NCBI GenBank assembly: GCA_014360465.1
Contig: JACIXQ010000003.1
Span: 1-63,660, forward strand
DNA: 63,660 bases
DNA from: a bacterium
GTDB taxonomy: Bacteria; Armatimonadota; JACIXR01
Reading direction: 5' to 3'
Shown here: piece after piece, positions 20,936 to 30,717 of the stretch
How the letters are laid out: each line of letters starts with the position of its first letter
Numbering within the stretch: position 1 is the stretch's first letter
Notes under the pieces: model-generated
Told to the model about the DNA's origin: nothing
What the model saw: only the letters and a program-made list of their open reading frames with translations
The model's database searches: none
Position numbers and translations under genes: made by a program

Positions 20936-21595
20936 TTATTCTCCTTTCTTTGCCAGCTCCTGGAGTATGGATTTTTTCGCCTGGCGAATCAGCACAACGC
21001 TCCCTTTAGGACCGGGAACTCCTCCCTTAATAAGGAGAAGGTTTTTCTCCGGGTCCACATCCACTATCTCCAAATTTTGGACAGTAACTCTTTCTGCTCC
21101 CATATGTCCGGGCATTTTTTTGCCTTTGATAATCCTCTGGGGCTGTTGGGGACCAGCAGAAGCAGGTCTCCTATGGGACATTGAACCGTGAGATGCTGGT
21201 CCTCCACTGAACCCCCATCGCTTTATAACACCAGCAAACCCCTTACCTTTGGAGATACCTACCACATCCACCAATTCACCCTTGCTGAAAATATCAACTC
21301 TTATCTCGCTACCCACATCCAGATCTTCAAAACTCCCCCTGATCTCCTTTAGATATTTACAGGGCGTTACATTAGCCTTCTTAAAATGTCCAAGTAGGGG
21401 CTTATTAAGCCGCTTGGGCTTCGCCTCTTCAAAGCCGATTTGGATAGCTTCATATCCGTCCTTATCCAATGTCTTCTTTTGAACGACGATACAAGGACCA
21501 CTTTGAACAACCGTAACAGGCAAAGCTTCTCCTGTTTCGGTGAAATATGTCATCATACCTATTTTTCTTCCTAATATCGCTTTCATCCTCATCAC
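20936..21595 (-). CDS. rplC: 50S ribosomal protein L3
   Basis: ILGRKIGM; SKGKGFAGVIKRW; HGS..HR; KMPGHMG. Confidence 0.98.
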   Translation of the reverse strand: MMRMKAILGRKIGMMTYFTETGEALPVTVVQSGPCIVVQKKTLDKDGYEAIQIGFEEAKPKRLNKPLLGHFKKANVTPCKYLKEIRGSFEDLDVGSEIRVDIFSKGELVDVVGISKGKGFAGVIKRWGFSGGPASHGSMSHRRPASAGPQQPQRIIKGKKMPGHMGAERVTVQNLEIVDVDPEKNLLLIKGGVPGPKGSVVLIRQAKKSILQELAKKGE

Positions 21596-21904
21596 CTACA
21601 ATGTTATTTCTATGTCAACGCCACTCGGTAGTTCCAATTGCATAAGAGCATCAACGATCTTTGATGAGGGTTCTATAATATCTATCAACCTCTTATGGAT
21701 CCTTATCTCGAAATGCTCCATAGAAGTTTTATCTATGAAAGGAGAACGGATAACACACCATCGCTTGATCTTCGTCGGCAAAGGAACGGGACCAACAACC
21801 TTTGCACCGGTGTCCTTTGCCGTTTCAACGATCTTCCTCGTGCATTCATCCACGAGGCGATGGTCATATCCCTGAAGTTTTATCCTTATTCTTTCACCTG
21901 GCAT
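21596..21904 (-). CDS. rpsJ: 30S ribosomal protein S10
   Basis: IRIKL.GYDH; VGPVPLPT; RSPF; RIHKRLIDI. Confidence 0.98.
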   Translation of the reverse strand: MPGERIRIKLQGYDHRLVDECTRKIVETAKDTGAKVVGPVPLPTKIKRWCVIRSPFIDKTSMEHFEIRIHKRLIDIIEPSSKIVDALMQLELPSGVDIEITL

Positions 21905-21905
21905 A

Positions 21906-23108
21906 TTAATCAGACACCTCTGTGACTACTCCGGCTCCTATCGTCTTTCCACCTTCCCTAATCGCGAAGCGCAGACCTGGCTCCAAAGCTACAGGCTTCT
22001 GCAGTTCCACTTTCATATTCACATTATCACCAGGCATAACCATCTCCACTCCCTCGGGAAGGGTAATCGTCCCAGTTACATCTGTGGTGCGGAAGTAAAA
22101 CTGTGGCTTGTAACCACTGAAGAACGGTTTATGCCGTCCTCCCTCTTCCTTCGTCAGGACATATACCTCAGCTGCGAACTTGGTATGAGGTTTTATCGTT
22201 CCAGGAGCCGCGATAACCATTCCACGCTCAACATCGTCCTTTTCCACTCCTCTCAACAGAACACCAACATTATCGCCTGCTACAGCCTCATCCAAAACCT
22301 TTCGGAACATCTCCAAGCTGGTAGCTACAGTCCTTATCGGTCTATCCCGCAGACCCACTATCTCAACTTCGTCGCCTGGTCTTATCCTTCCTCTCTCAAC
22401 CCTACCAGTGGCAACTGTTCCTCTTCCCGTGATGCTGAAGACATCTTCCACCGCCATTAGGAATGGTTTATCAACATCTCGCACGGGCAAGGGAATGTAT
22501 TCATCAACGGCATCAAGTAGTTCCCATATCTTACCACACCACTGGCATTCCCGCTTGCCACAGCCACATTCCAAAACCTTTGTAGCTGAGCCGGTTATCA
22601 CAGGAACTTCATCGCCGGGAAATTCGTAGCGACTGAGAAGCTCCCTGACTTCCAGCTCGACGAGCTCCAAAAGTTCGGGGTCGTCAAGGAGGTCAACCTT
22701 GTTGAGGAAGACGACTATATAGGGAACACCTACCTGCCTGGCGAGGAGGATATGTTCCCTTGTCTGGGGCATAGGTCCGTCAGCGGCGGAAACAACAAGT
22801 ATCGCTCCATCCATCTGGGCTGCTCCCGTAATCATATTCTTGATGTAGTCAGCGTGTCCGGGGCAATCAATGTGGGCGTAGTGGCGCTTTGGCGTTTCGT
22901 ACTCGGCGTGGAAAATGTTAATAGTCAGCCCTCTCGCTTTTTCCTCGGGAGCTGCATCAATCTCCTCATAGCGGAGGAATTTAGCCAGCCCCTCCTTGGA
23001 AAGCACGAGGGTAATAGCCGAAGTAAGCGTCGTCTTACCATGGTCTACATGACCTATGGTTCCTATATTCACATGCGGTTTTGTCCTTTCAAATTTAGCT
23101 TTCGCCAT
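21906..23108 (-). CDS. tuf: Elongation factor Tu
   Basis: GHVDHGKTT; [20 protein letters not shown]; NKVD; FAIREGG.T.GAG. Confidence 0.99.
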   Translation of the reverse strand: MAKAKFERTKPHVNIGTIGHVDHGKTTLTSAITLVLSKEGLAKFLRYEEIDAAPEEKARGLTINIFHAEYETPKRHYAHIDCPGHADYIKNMITGAAQMDGAILVVSAADGPMPQTREHILLARQVGVPYIVVFLNKVDLLDDPELLELVELEVRELLSRYEFPGDEVPVITGSATKVLECGCGKRECQWCGKIWELLDAVDEYIPLPVRDVDKPFLMAVEDVFSITGRGTVATGRVERGRIRPGDEVEIVGLRDRPIRTVATSLEMFRKVLDEAVAGDNVGVLLRGVEKDDVERGMVIAAPGTIKPHTKFAAEVYVLTKEEGGRHKPFFSGYKPQFYFRTTDVTGTITLPEGVEMVMPGDNVNMKVELQKPVALEPGLRFAIREGGKTIGAGVVTEVSD

Positions 23109-23181
23109 TTTTATTCTTCCTCCTTTTCTAATATGTTTCTAAATATTATAAAAATAACCTTAAAACAAAAAATTCAAAAAC

Positions 23182-23257
23182 TGGAGCCCACGACCGGAAT
23201 CGAACCGGAGACCTCGCCCTTACCAAGGGCGCGCTCTGCCGACTGAGCTACGTGGGC
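23182..23257 (-). tRNA. thrT: tRNA-Thr(GGT)
   Basis: 76-nt cloverleaf GCCCACG...CGTGGGCTCCA; anticodon stem around GGT; encoded CCA. Confidence 0.96.
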
Positions 23258-23260
23258 GTA

Positions 23261-23347
23261 TGGTGGAGGGGGGAGGATTTGAACCTCCGAAGCGCCGCGC
23301 GCAACAGATTTACAGTCTGTCCCCTTTAGCCGCTCGGGCACCCCTCC
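23261..23347 (-). tRNA. tyrU: tRNA-Tyr(GTA)
   Basis: GGAGGGG...ACAGA-CTGTAAA-TCTGT, long variable arm, GTTCAAATC, ACCA end. Confidence 0.96.
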
Positions 23348-23354
23348 TGAATTC

Positions 23355-23429
23355 TGGAGCCGACGACCTGATTCGAACAGGCAACCTGGTGATTACAAAT
23401 CACCCGCTCTACCGTTGAGCTACGTCGGC
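23355..23429 (-). tRNA. thrU: tRNA-Thr(TGT)
   Basis: GCCGACG...GGTGA-TTTGTAA-TCACC...GTTCGAATC...CGTCGGCTCCA. Confidence 0.96.
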
Positions 23430-23437
23430 TGTTATCT

Positions 23438-23467
23438 ATTATAACAACATAGATAGTTACTCGTCAA
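23438..23467 (-). promoter_or_regulatory. Sigma70-type promoter for the tRNA-tuf-ribosomal superoperon
   Basis: Minus strand reads TTGACG-18 nt-TATAAT with an extended -10 (TGt); the -10 box ends 8 nt before the first tRNA. Confidence 0.8.
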
Positions 23468-23539
23468 GTTTAACTATTTTATAGCATGAATCCAAACATA
23501 TGGCAATAAATAATAACAACCTTTCCCCATAAGGGGGAT

Positions 23540-26500
23540 TCACTCTTCTATGGGATTCTCAACCTGGAAGAGATACTCGCCTGATTGGAGTTCGTATATT
23601 GCTCTATCACCCTCCCAGCGAATGAATCTTATACCAGGTCTTTCCTCTGGTGGTTGACCATTCTCCCATATTAAGCTTTTCTTATCAGCTGGAAGATAGA
23701 GCATGGCTGTTGTATTGGCGGGAACTGTGATATTCAAAATCAGACCATCCTCGTCTTTGCTCCACTCAACCTTGATCAAGCCAGCGGGTGATTGGTAGCT
23801 TGCTTTTACGAATTTTATCCTTCCTTGAGGATCAGGGTGGGGGGCAATCTTTATTCTCTTGTAACCGGGTTGCTCTAAATCTATACCGGCGCACATCCCG
23901 AACATCCATTCACCCACCGAACCGAAGGCATAGTGGTTGAAGGAATTCATCCCTGGGTCTTGGAATCCCCTTTCTTCTGTCCAGCCATCCCATCTTTCCC
24001 AAATAGTGGTCGCGCCATGCTTCACCATATAGAGCCAGGAGGGGAAAGAGTCTTGGAGGAAAAGGGAGTAGGCGATATCTGTGTAACCGTATTTTGTGAG
24101 GACAGGAAGTAACGATTTTGCGCCGAGAAAGCCTGTGGATAAGTGCATATCCCGTTTTCTTATATCTTCAACAAGATGTTCTATAGCCAGGGGGATTTTA
24201 TCCTCTGGGAGAAGGTCAAAATCTATCGCGAGAACATAGGCGGTTTGCGTATCTCCCTTTATCTTGCCATCCTTGGTAACATAAGCTTTATTAAAAGCTT
24301 CCTTTATTTTTTGGAAAAGTTCTTGGTATTTCTTAGCATCTTCCGACTTCCCCAATACCTGTGCAATCTCTGCGATAAGTTTGGCAACAAGACCAAAATA
24401 AGCGGTGGCGATGACATCTTTGGGCGTATCGGCGTTAACGCTTAGCCAATCTCCGAAACCTTCCGCAGGGCGTAGATAGTCTTTGCTATTCGTTTCAAGA
24501 TAGCTAATATAACGAGCCATTGAGTCGTAGTTTCTCTCAAGTATTCTCTTATCGCCGTAGACCTTGTACAAAATGTAGGGGCAGATTATTCCAGCATCGC
24601 TCCAGGCAGGGGAACCAGCTCCCAGGTCAATGTCGGGTGCAACATGAGGATATGCTCCATTTTCCCATTGAGAATCAACCAGGTCAACCAGCCATTTCGT
24701 TGTGAATGCGGCAACATCCATATTATATGTGGCAGTTTTGAGGAAAATCTGGGCATCGCCAGTCCAGCCTAATCTTTCATCCCTCTGGGGGCAATCGGTG
24801 GGAACCTCAAGGTAATTCCCTCTCTGCCCCCAGACAATGTTCTGATAGAGACGATTAATCCTTTCATCAGAGCATTGGAATTCTCCCGTCAATTGCATAT
24901 CCGAATTGATGACGATTCCCACGATATCATCTAATTCCGGTTTATTGGGATAGCCTGTTAGCTCAACATAGCGAAAACCCCTGAAGGTGAAACGAGGTTC
25001 CCATATCTCTTCCTCGTCCGATTTTTTGGTATAGGAATCTGTGCAGCGAGCGGTCCGCAGGTTTTCGGTGTAAATCATACCATTTGGTTGGAGCATCTCG
25101 GCGAATCGCAAAGTGATTTTCCTTCCCTTTTCTCCTTTTGCCCTTACTCTAACCCAACCGACCATGTTTTGTCCCATATCAAAGACATAAATGCCCGGTT
25201 GGGGTTCGGTAAGTTTTATCGGTTTGAGTTCCATTTGCTTTCTGACAGGGACGCCTGGATGGGCTGAGATTTCTATCATAGGGGATGGGTAGACGGTGAC
25301 CTTTCCCCAACGAGAATCGTCGAAATCAGGTTGAGACCAGCCGGGCATTTCCAGACGGGCGTCATAGGTTTCGCCCATATAAAGGTCAGCTTCCCTAATC
25401 GGTCCATAGGTTGCTTTCCAATTCTCGTCGCTTATGATGCTTTCTTTTGTCCCATCCTCGTATTCTATATTTAACTGAAGAAGTAAGCAGGGACGTTTTC
25501 CATATACTCCTCTTCCCTTCATATCGAGATATCCGGAAAACCAACCATCGGCGAGTATGGCTCCAATAGCGTTTTCCCCTTCTTTGATTAAATCCTTAAC
25601 ATCGTAAGTTCTATAATAGACCCGCTTTCGATAATCGCTCCAACCCGGCGAGAATATATCGTCTCCAATCCTTTTCCCGTTTATATATAGCTCGTAGATA
25701 CCGAATGCTGTAGCGTATAATGTAGCACGACGCACTCCCTTCTTTGCATGGAAATTTCTTCGTAGATAAGGAGAGGGTAAAAGGAATAACCCGGAAGGTG
25801 TTAGCCATCCCCACGGAGCCTCGCCGAATTTTCTCACTATCATCGCTTTGCTCCACCGAGAATCGTCAAAGCCAAGCTCCTGCCAGCCTTTTTCTTCTTT
25901 AGATTCGGCTTTCCAGCTGTCATCGGAAGTGATTTCAATGATATCGCCGTTTTCCAATTCCACCATTAAACTGCAGAGTAGACCAGCTGGACCTTTTTGG
26001 GAATTCTTCACCTGAATAGCAAGGACATTTTCTCCATTATTAACGAGATCCTCTACTTGGTAGATTTGGGGTTCTTGCCAATTATCACCTTCTCCGACCT
26101 TCCGATTATTCAGGTAAGCGATGAATTTGTCATCAGCGGTGATAGCGAGGATTGCTTTTACGATTTTTTTATCAGGTAGGCTGAATACTTTACGGAAGAA
26201 TCCCTGCCCAACCGATAACTCTTCTAAGGGTTTATTTTCCTGTAACCAAATCCAGTAGCTCTTAAGGAAAAATTGTGCCTTTGAGGAAAAATTGTGCCTT
26301 CGCAATGGCTTCCTCACCTTCCTGGGGAGTAAAGGGTGCTTCATAGCCGATCCATTTGGCTTTCCATTCCTCTTTTTGGAGGAGACCCATCGTCCAAAAC
26401 GCTGGTTCTGACCAATCGGAAACATTTCCCTCTTCATCCCAAACCCTGACTTTCCACCAACACTCCATCTCGCTTTTCAATGGGACACCATCATATTCTA

Positions 26501-26786
26501 TCTGCGATGTCTGGTCACTCTCAACTTTTCCACTGTCCCAGAGGTCTCCTTCTCCCTTTTCTAACTTCTCTTTGCTTGAGGCAACGAGTATCTGATAGGC
26601 GGTTTGCCTAACGCCTCTTAAGTTGGGCTCCTTTATTTGTAGAATCCAACTCAATCTTGGTTTGCTTTCATCTATTCCCAAAGGATTCTCTCTATACTCA
26701 CACCTGAGGTTGTTTGGATAAATATGACATTTGCCCCCTTCTTCAGGTAAAGTGCAAAACAAAATCAAAGGTAATCCAACTATCAT
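23540..26786 (-). pseudogene. GH78 alpha-L-rhamnosidase (Fn3 N-terminus, CBM67-like insert), frameshifted by a 19-bp duplication
   Basis: The N-terminal ORF (LRCEYRENPLGID..PRLSW) and the main ORF (PTDCPQRDERLGWTGD; TTIWERWD; SFNHYAFG) join in frame when one repeat copy is removed, giving 1075 aa. Confidence 0.88.
26265..26302. repeat. Tandem 19-bp duplication (18/19 identical; 17-bp perfect core)
   Basis: AGGAAAAATTGTGCCTTTG at 26265-26283 and AGGAAAAATTGTGCCTTCG at 26284-26302. Confidence 0.95.
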
Positions 26787-26946
26787 CTATATTCCTCCTT
26801 TCTTAACAATAGGTTATTTAATCGTTTTACCAATGTCATTTAGATAATCAGTATAATCCTGGGTGCCCCAAAAAGCAACAAAAAAACTTTACTCAAAATA
26901 TATTTAGGTTAAAAATATTATAAATCCAAAAAGGAGGTTGATAAAT

Positions 26947-27792
26947 ATGGAAAAGCTTGCTGTCGGTGTTTTTCTACCCTGTCTTGCTCAGCCCGATATA
27001 CCAACGGCGCTTAACCTTGCCAGGGAAATGGGCTTCTCTGTAATCCAGCTGGGAGCAGATGCTTTCTTCAATTATGCTGGGGATAGGGAAAAGGAGGAAT
27101 TTCTGAAGAAGGAATTGGAGAGAAGTGGATTGGAAGTAGTAGCGCTCTTTGCTGGTTTCCCAGGGGAGCGTTATGACGATATTGAAACGGTAAGGAAGAC
27201 TGTTGGCTTTGCCAATCAGGAAAAGATTCCCGAAAGGGTGGATATCGCAAAGAGGACGGCGGAGTTCACAGCCCGTCTTGGCATCCCAGCTATGGCAGCT
27301 CATGTTGGCTTTATTCCTCCGGATACGAAGGACCCCTTATACGATGTTATGCTCTCTGCGGTAGGAGAGGTAGTTGCCCATTGTGATAAGCTTGGGCTTT
27401 ATTTTGCCTTTGAGACCGGTCAGGAAACGCCCGAGGAATTGAGAGAATTCATCGAGAGGCTCGGATATCCAAATACCAGGGTCAATTTTGACACCGCGAA
27501 CCTTATTCTTTACGGTAAAGCCTTTTCCGTTCATGGAATAGAGGTTTTGAAGGATTACATCATCAGCACTCATATGAAAGATGGTATATGGCCGGAAAAG
27601 GAAGGGCTTCTTGGGCGAGAGGTAATCCTCGGCGAGGGGCAGGCTAACATAGAGGAATGTGTCAAGAAACTCATAGAGGTAGGATATGAAGGACCACTGA
27701 TAATAGAAAGGGAGGCAGGAGAGGACAGGGTGGGGGATATAAAGAAAGAGAAGGAGTATTTAGAGAGCCTGAAGAAAAAATATCTATCTTAA
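26947..27792 (+). CDS. Sugar phosphate isomerase/epimerase (xylose-isomerase-like TIM barrel)
   Basis: Metal-ligand motifs FETGQE, NFDTAN, HMKDG and IERE; AGGAGG SD. Confidence 0.85.
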   Translation: MEKLAVGVFLPCLAQPDIPTALNLAREMGFSVIQLGADAFFNYAGDREKEEFLKKELERSGLEVVALFAGFPGERYDDIETVRKTVGFANQEKIPERVDIAKRTAEFTARLGIPAMAAHVGFIPPDTKDPLYDVMLSAVGEVVAHCDKLGLYFAFETGQETPEELREFIERLGYPNTRVNFDTANLILYGKAFSVHGIEVLKDYIISTHMKDGIWPEKEGLLGREVILGEGQANIEECVKKLIEVGYEGPLIIEREAGEDRVGDIKKEKEYLESLKKKYLS

Positions 27793-28827
27793 ATCAGGGT
27801 TGGTTTTTTCCAAAGGCTTGATTGGTCCGATGTAGCTCTTGGCGACAACTATGTGGTCGAACCAAACTTTGCTGACTTTGTTTTCCGGCGATTGTGTGAT
27901 ATAGAGGAGCACCCAGAGGAAGTTGAGTTTCAAATTGGGGTCTTTTCGCCAGCGAAAACCCTCGAAGGGTGCTCCTCCCTCCGGAATGTTGAAATATTCA
28001 GGACCCTCTTTCTCCTCACTCCATCTAACGCATTTACCACCCTGGTTGGGGATAAATTTGTCATAAATCCATTTCCCTTTTGGAAATCCTTGCCTAAGAT
28101 TGCTTACTAACTTTCCATTTATCCATAGAGCCATCTCACCATTGCGCTCAGTTGCAGGTTCATTCATTTTAATCATAATCTCCACGCATATCCATTTCCC
28201 TTTCTCCACCTTCAACTTTGGGTTGTTGATGAAACTATTTCCCCAATATTGTCCCTTTGGAGGACTCGCTCGCATCTCCATCCAATAGGCATAATAGTCC
28301 CAGGTCCAAGAATCGCCATATGGTTCAACGCCGATTGTGAATCGTTCATCTCCTGTTGGACGCTCTCCTGCACCACCCTGAGGCCAGGGAGTGGGAGGAT
28401 TATAGCCACCTATATGGAAGAAATGGTGAATTGGTCCACAGTCGGGAGCAAATTTGACATAGAAACGAACGAAGAGCTGGTTATAGCCTGGGAGAAGTCT
28501 TCGGTATAAGTGTCCACCTGTTCCCTGACCACCGATATGGGTCATAAGTAAGGAATGCGAGCCGGCACTACCTGGTGGAACATCATTGGATAAGGACATT
28601 ATTTGGGGATTTGAAATATTTTCCCAATACTTCTCCAACTCTTTAATTGAAGAAACTTCAAAACCCTCAAAAAATATTACATCAGGGTCTCTTTCAATCC
28701 CTTTGTCCCCGGGATACTTCTCGGCAAGACCATATCCTTCCGGCAGAACTTCTTTCCCCAGGGCGAACAATGGAAGAACAAATAAACAAAAAAGAGCCAC
28801 GAATGCAAAAAATTTCTTTTTCTTCAT
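27784..28827 (-). CDS. Secreted hypothetical protein, possibly polysaccharide-lyase-like (jelly-roll)
   Basis: Signal peptide MKKKKFFAFVALFCLFVLPLFA; IFFEGFE, LFVRFYVKF, WICVEIMIKMN, LWING and VWFDHIVV beta-strand pattern. Confidence 0.45.
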   Translation of the reverse strand: MKKKKFFAFVALFCLFVLPLFALGKEVLPEGYGLAEKYPGDKGIERDPDVIFFEGFEVSSIKELEKYWENISNPQIMSLSNDVPPGSAGSHSLLMTHIGGQGTGGHLYRRLLPGYNQLFVRFYVKFAPDCGPIHHFFHIGGYNPPTPWPQGGAGERPTGDERFTIGVEPYGDSWTWDYYAYWMEMRASPPKGQYWGNSFINNPKLKVEKGKWICVEIMIKMNEPATERNGEMALWINGKLVSNLRQGFPKGKWIYDKFIPNQGGKCVRWSEEKEGPEYFNIPEGGAPFEGFRWRKDPNLKLNFLWVLLYITQSPENKVSKVWFDHIVVAKSYIGPIKPLEKTNPDLR

Positions 28828-28944
28828 AATATTTCGCCTTTTCAAAATACGATAACAAGTTTATCATAAAGATGGAGAAAAAAGCAAGAAGTAACCTTAT
28901 ATAAATTTTTAAATCAAATTTTACAAAGACCTAAAAAGGAGGAG

Positions 28945-30159
28945 ATGATGATGAAGAATTTATATTTGTGTTTATTCTTACCATTAGTCTTTGGTTTTGC
29001 CAATGGGGTTTCCATCCCTCAAGAGGAAGTACAAGCTATCGTCCAGGCTAACAATCGGTTTGCCCTTGAACTATACCGGTTTTATAGCCAAAAATATTCA
29101 GGCGAGAATATCTTATTTTCTCCATTGAGTCTCTCCAGCGCATTTGCCATGCTTCAGGAAGGAGCGAAAGGAAAAACGGCAGAGGAAATCAGTGATGTCT
29201 TTCATTTCCCTGCTGACCGAGAAACACAAAGAAAAGGGTTTCAGGAAGTCTATAGTTCCCTTAACAAACCCGACAGGGAAAGCAAGTTATCAATAGCCAA
29301 CGCCCTTTGGGCGCAGAAAAGTTTTCCCATCTTAAGTGATTATCTGGAAACAATTCGTGAATATTATGGTGGAGAGGCAACGAACCTCGATTTCAGGGCT
29401 GACCCTGAATCTTCCAGAAGAACGATAAATAAATGGGTTGAAGATAGGACAAATAATAAAATAAAGGACCTTCTACCCCGCGGGGCAATAAATACCACAA
29501 CGAGACTCGTTCTGACCAATGCAATCTATTTCAAGGGGTTCTGGCTTTTTCCATTTGATAAGAACTTAACTAAAGAGGATGATTTCAAGGTCGGTCCAGA
29601 TAAGAAAGTGAAAGTGAAGATGATGGCTCATTCCAAAGCGCTTTCTTTCCCATATGCCGAGTCCGATGATTTTCAAATGCTTGAGTTGCCCTATGAAGGC
29701 AGGGATATATCTATGATTTTGCTTCTGCCGAAAAATATTTCCCTGGAGCAATTGGAAAAAAGATTGAATTATGAGAATCTCAATAAATGGATGGGAATGT
29801 TGGGCATTAAAGAGGTCAAGGTCTATCTTCCTCGCTTTAAGCTTGAGAGGAAATATTCAATGGTTGAAGATTTTAAGAAATTGGGTATGCCAAGCGTATT
29901 TGATGCAGGGAAGGCTGATTTCTCTGGAATCACTGGTAAGCGTGACTTATATGTGACGGGGGTTGTTCATAAAGCCTATGTAGATGTGAATGAGGAAGGC
30001 ACGGAGGCGGCAGCGGCGACAGGAATCGTTCTTGGCAAAACCGCAATTGCCACAACCTATATCTTCCGAGCGGACCACCCCTTCATATTCTTCATTCTGG
30101 AGAAAACAACCGGAAGCATCCTCTTCATCGGCAGGGTCTATAATCCGTCAGGTAGTTAA
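28945..30159 (+). CDS. Serpin (secreted serine protease inhibitor)
   Basis: ANNRFALELY; NILFSPLS; NAIYFKGFW; VDVNEEGTEAAAAT hinge; FRADHPF.F.I; LFIGRV.NP. Confidence 0.96.
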   Translation: MMMKNLYLCLFLPLVFGFANGVSIPQEEVQAIVQANNRFALELYRFYSQKYSGENILFSPLSLSSAFAMLQEGAKGKTAEEISDVFHFPADRETQRKGFQEVYSSLNKPDRESKLSIANALWAQKSFPILSDYLETIREYYGGEATNLDFRADPESSRRTINKWVEDRTNNKIKDLLPRGAINTTTRLVLTNAIYFKGFWLFPFDKNLTKEDDFKVGPDKKVKVKMMAHSKALSFPYAESDDFQMLELPYEGRDISMILLLPKNISLEQLEKRLNYENLNKWMGMLGIKEVKVYLPRFKLERKYSMVEDFKKLGMPSVFDAGKADFSGITGKRDLYVTGVVHKAYVDVNEEGTEAAAATGIVLGKTAIATTYIFRADHPFIFFILEKTTGSILFIGRVYNPSGS

Positions 30160-30299
30160 TCCTGAGTAGATACTTCGCAGAAGTAAAATATTTGTAAGAG
30201 ATTTGGGAATTATCGTATACTAATTTTCTTTTAGGTTAGATTGCCAAAGAATATAATTTTCTAAAATAGAACACCGATGAGTTGAAATTGTACAATAAT

Positions 30300-30328
30300 T
30301 TGACCTTCTTGCGTTTTCTCAATATAAT
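30300..30328 (+). promoter_or_regulatory. Sigma70-type promoter for the S1-GH15 operon
   Basis: TTGACC-17 nt-TATAAT, 41 nt upstream of the ATG at 30370. Confidence 0.75.
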
Positions 30329-30369
30329 CTCCTCAATTAAAATACTTTGCTTGGAGGAATGCGAAGCAT

Positions 30370-30705
30370 ATGTCGGAAATAGGTAGTATAGTCAGAGGAA
30401 AGGTTCAAAAAATCCTTCCCCGAGGCGCAATAGTTATGCTTGAGAATGGGGAAAGGGGGTTTGTTCACATCTCGGAGATAGCGGACGAGTTTGTAGAGAA
30501 GGTTGAGGATTTCCTCAAGGAAGGAGAGAGCGTCAACTGCAGGGTTCTTGGATATGACGACAAGGGGAGGCTCGAGCTTTCCATAAAAAGGACGAAGGAA
30601 TCCTCCGAACAGCTTGAGGAAAAACTTCGTCAATTCCGCAGACAAAGCGACGATAGACTTGCTGGATTAAAGAAGAGAGAAGCCAACGAGCGAGGAAGAA
30701 GATAG
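30370..30705 (+). CDS. S1-domain RNA-binding protein (YabR/YugI-like)
   Basis: GFVHISEIADEFV..V.D.L..G..V..RVL..D.KGRLELSIK, followed by a basic helical tail. Confidence 0.88.
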   Translation: MSEIGSIVRGKVQKILPRGAIVMLENGERGFVHISEIADEFVEKVEDFLKEGESVNCRVLGYDDKGRLELSIKRTKESSEQLEEKLRQFRRQSDDRLAGLKKREANERGRR

Positions 30706-30717
30706 GTAAACAGGATT

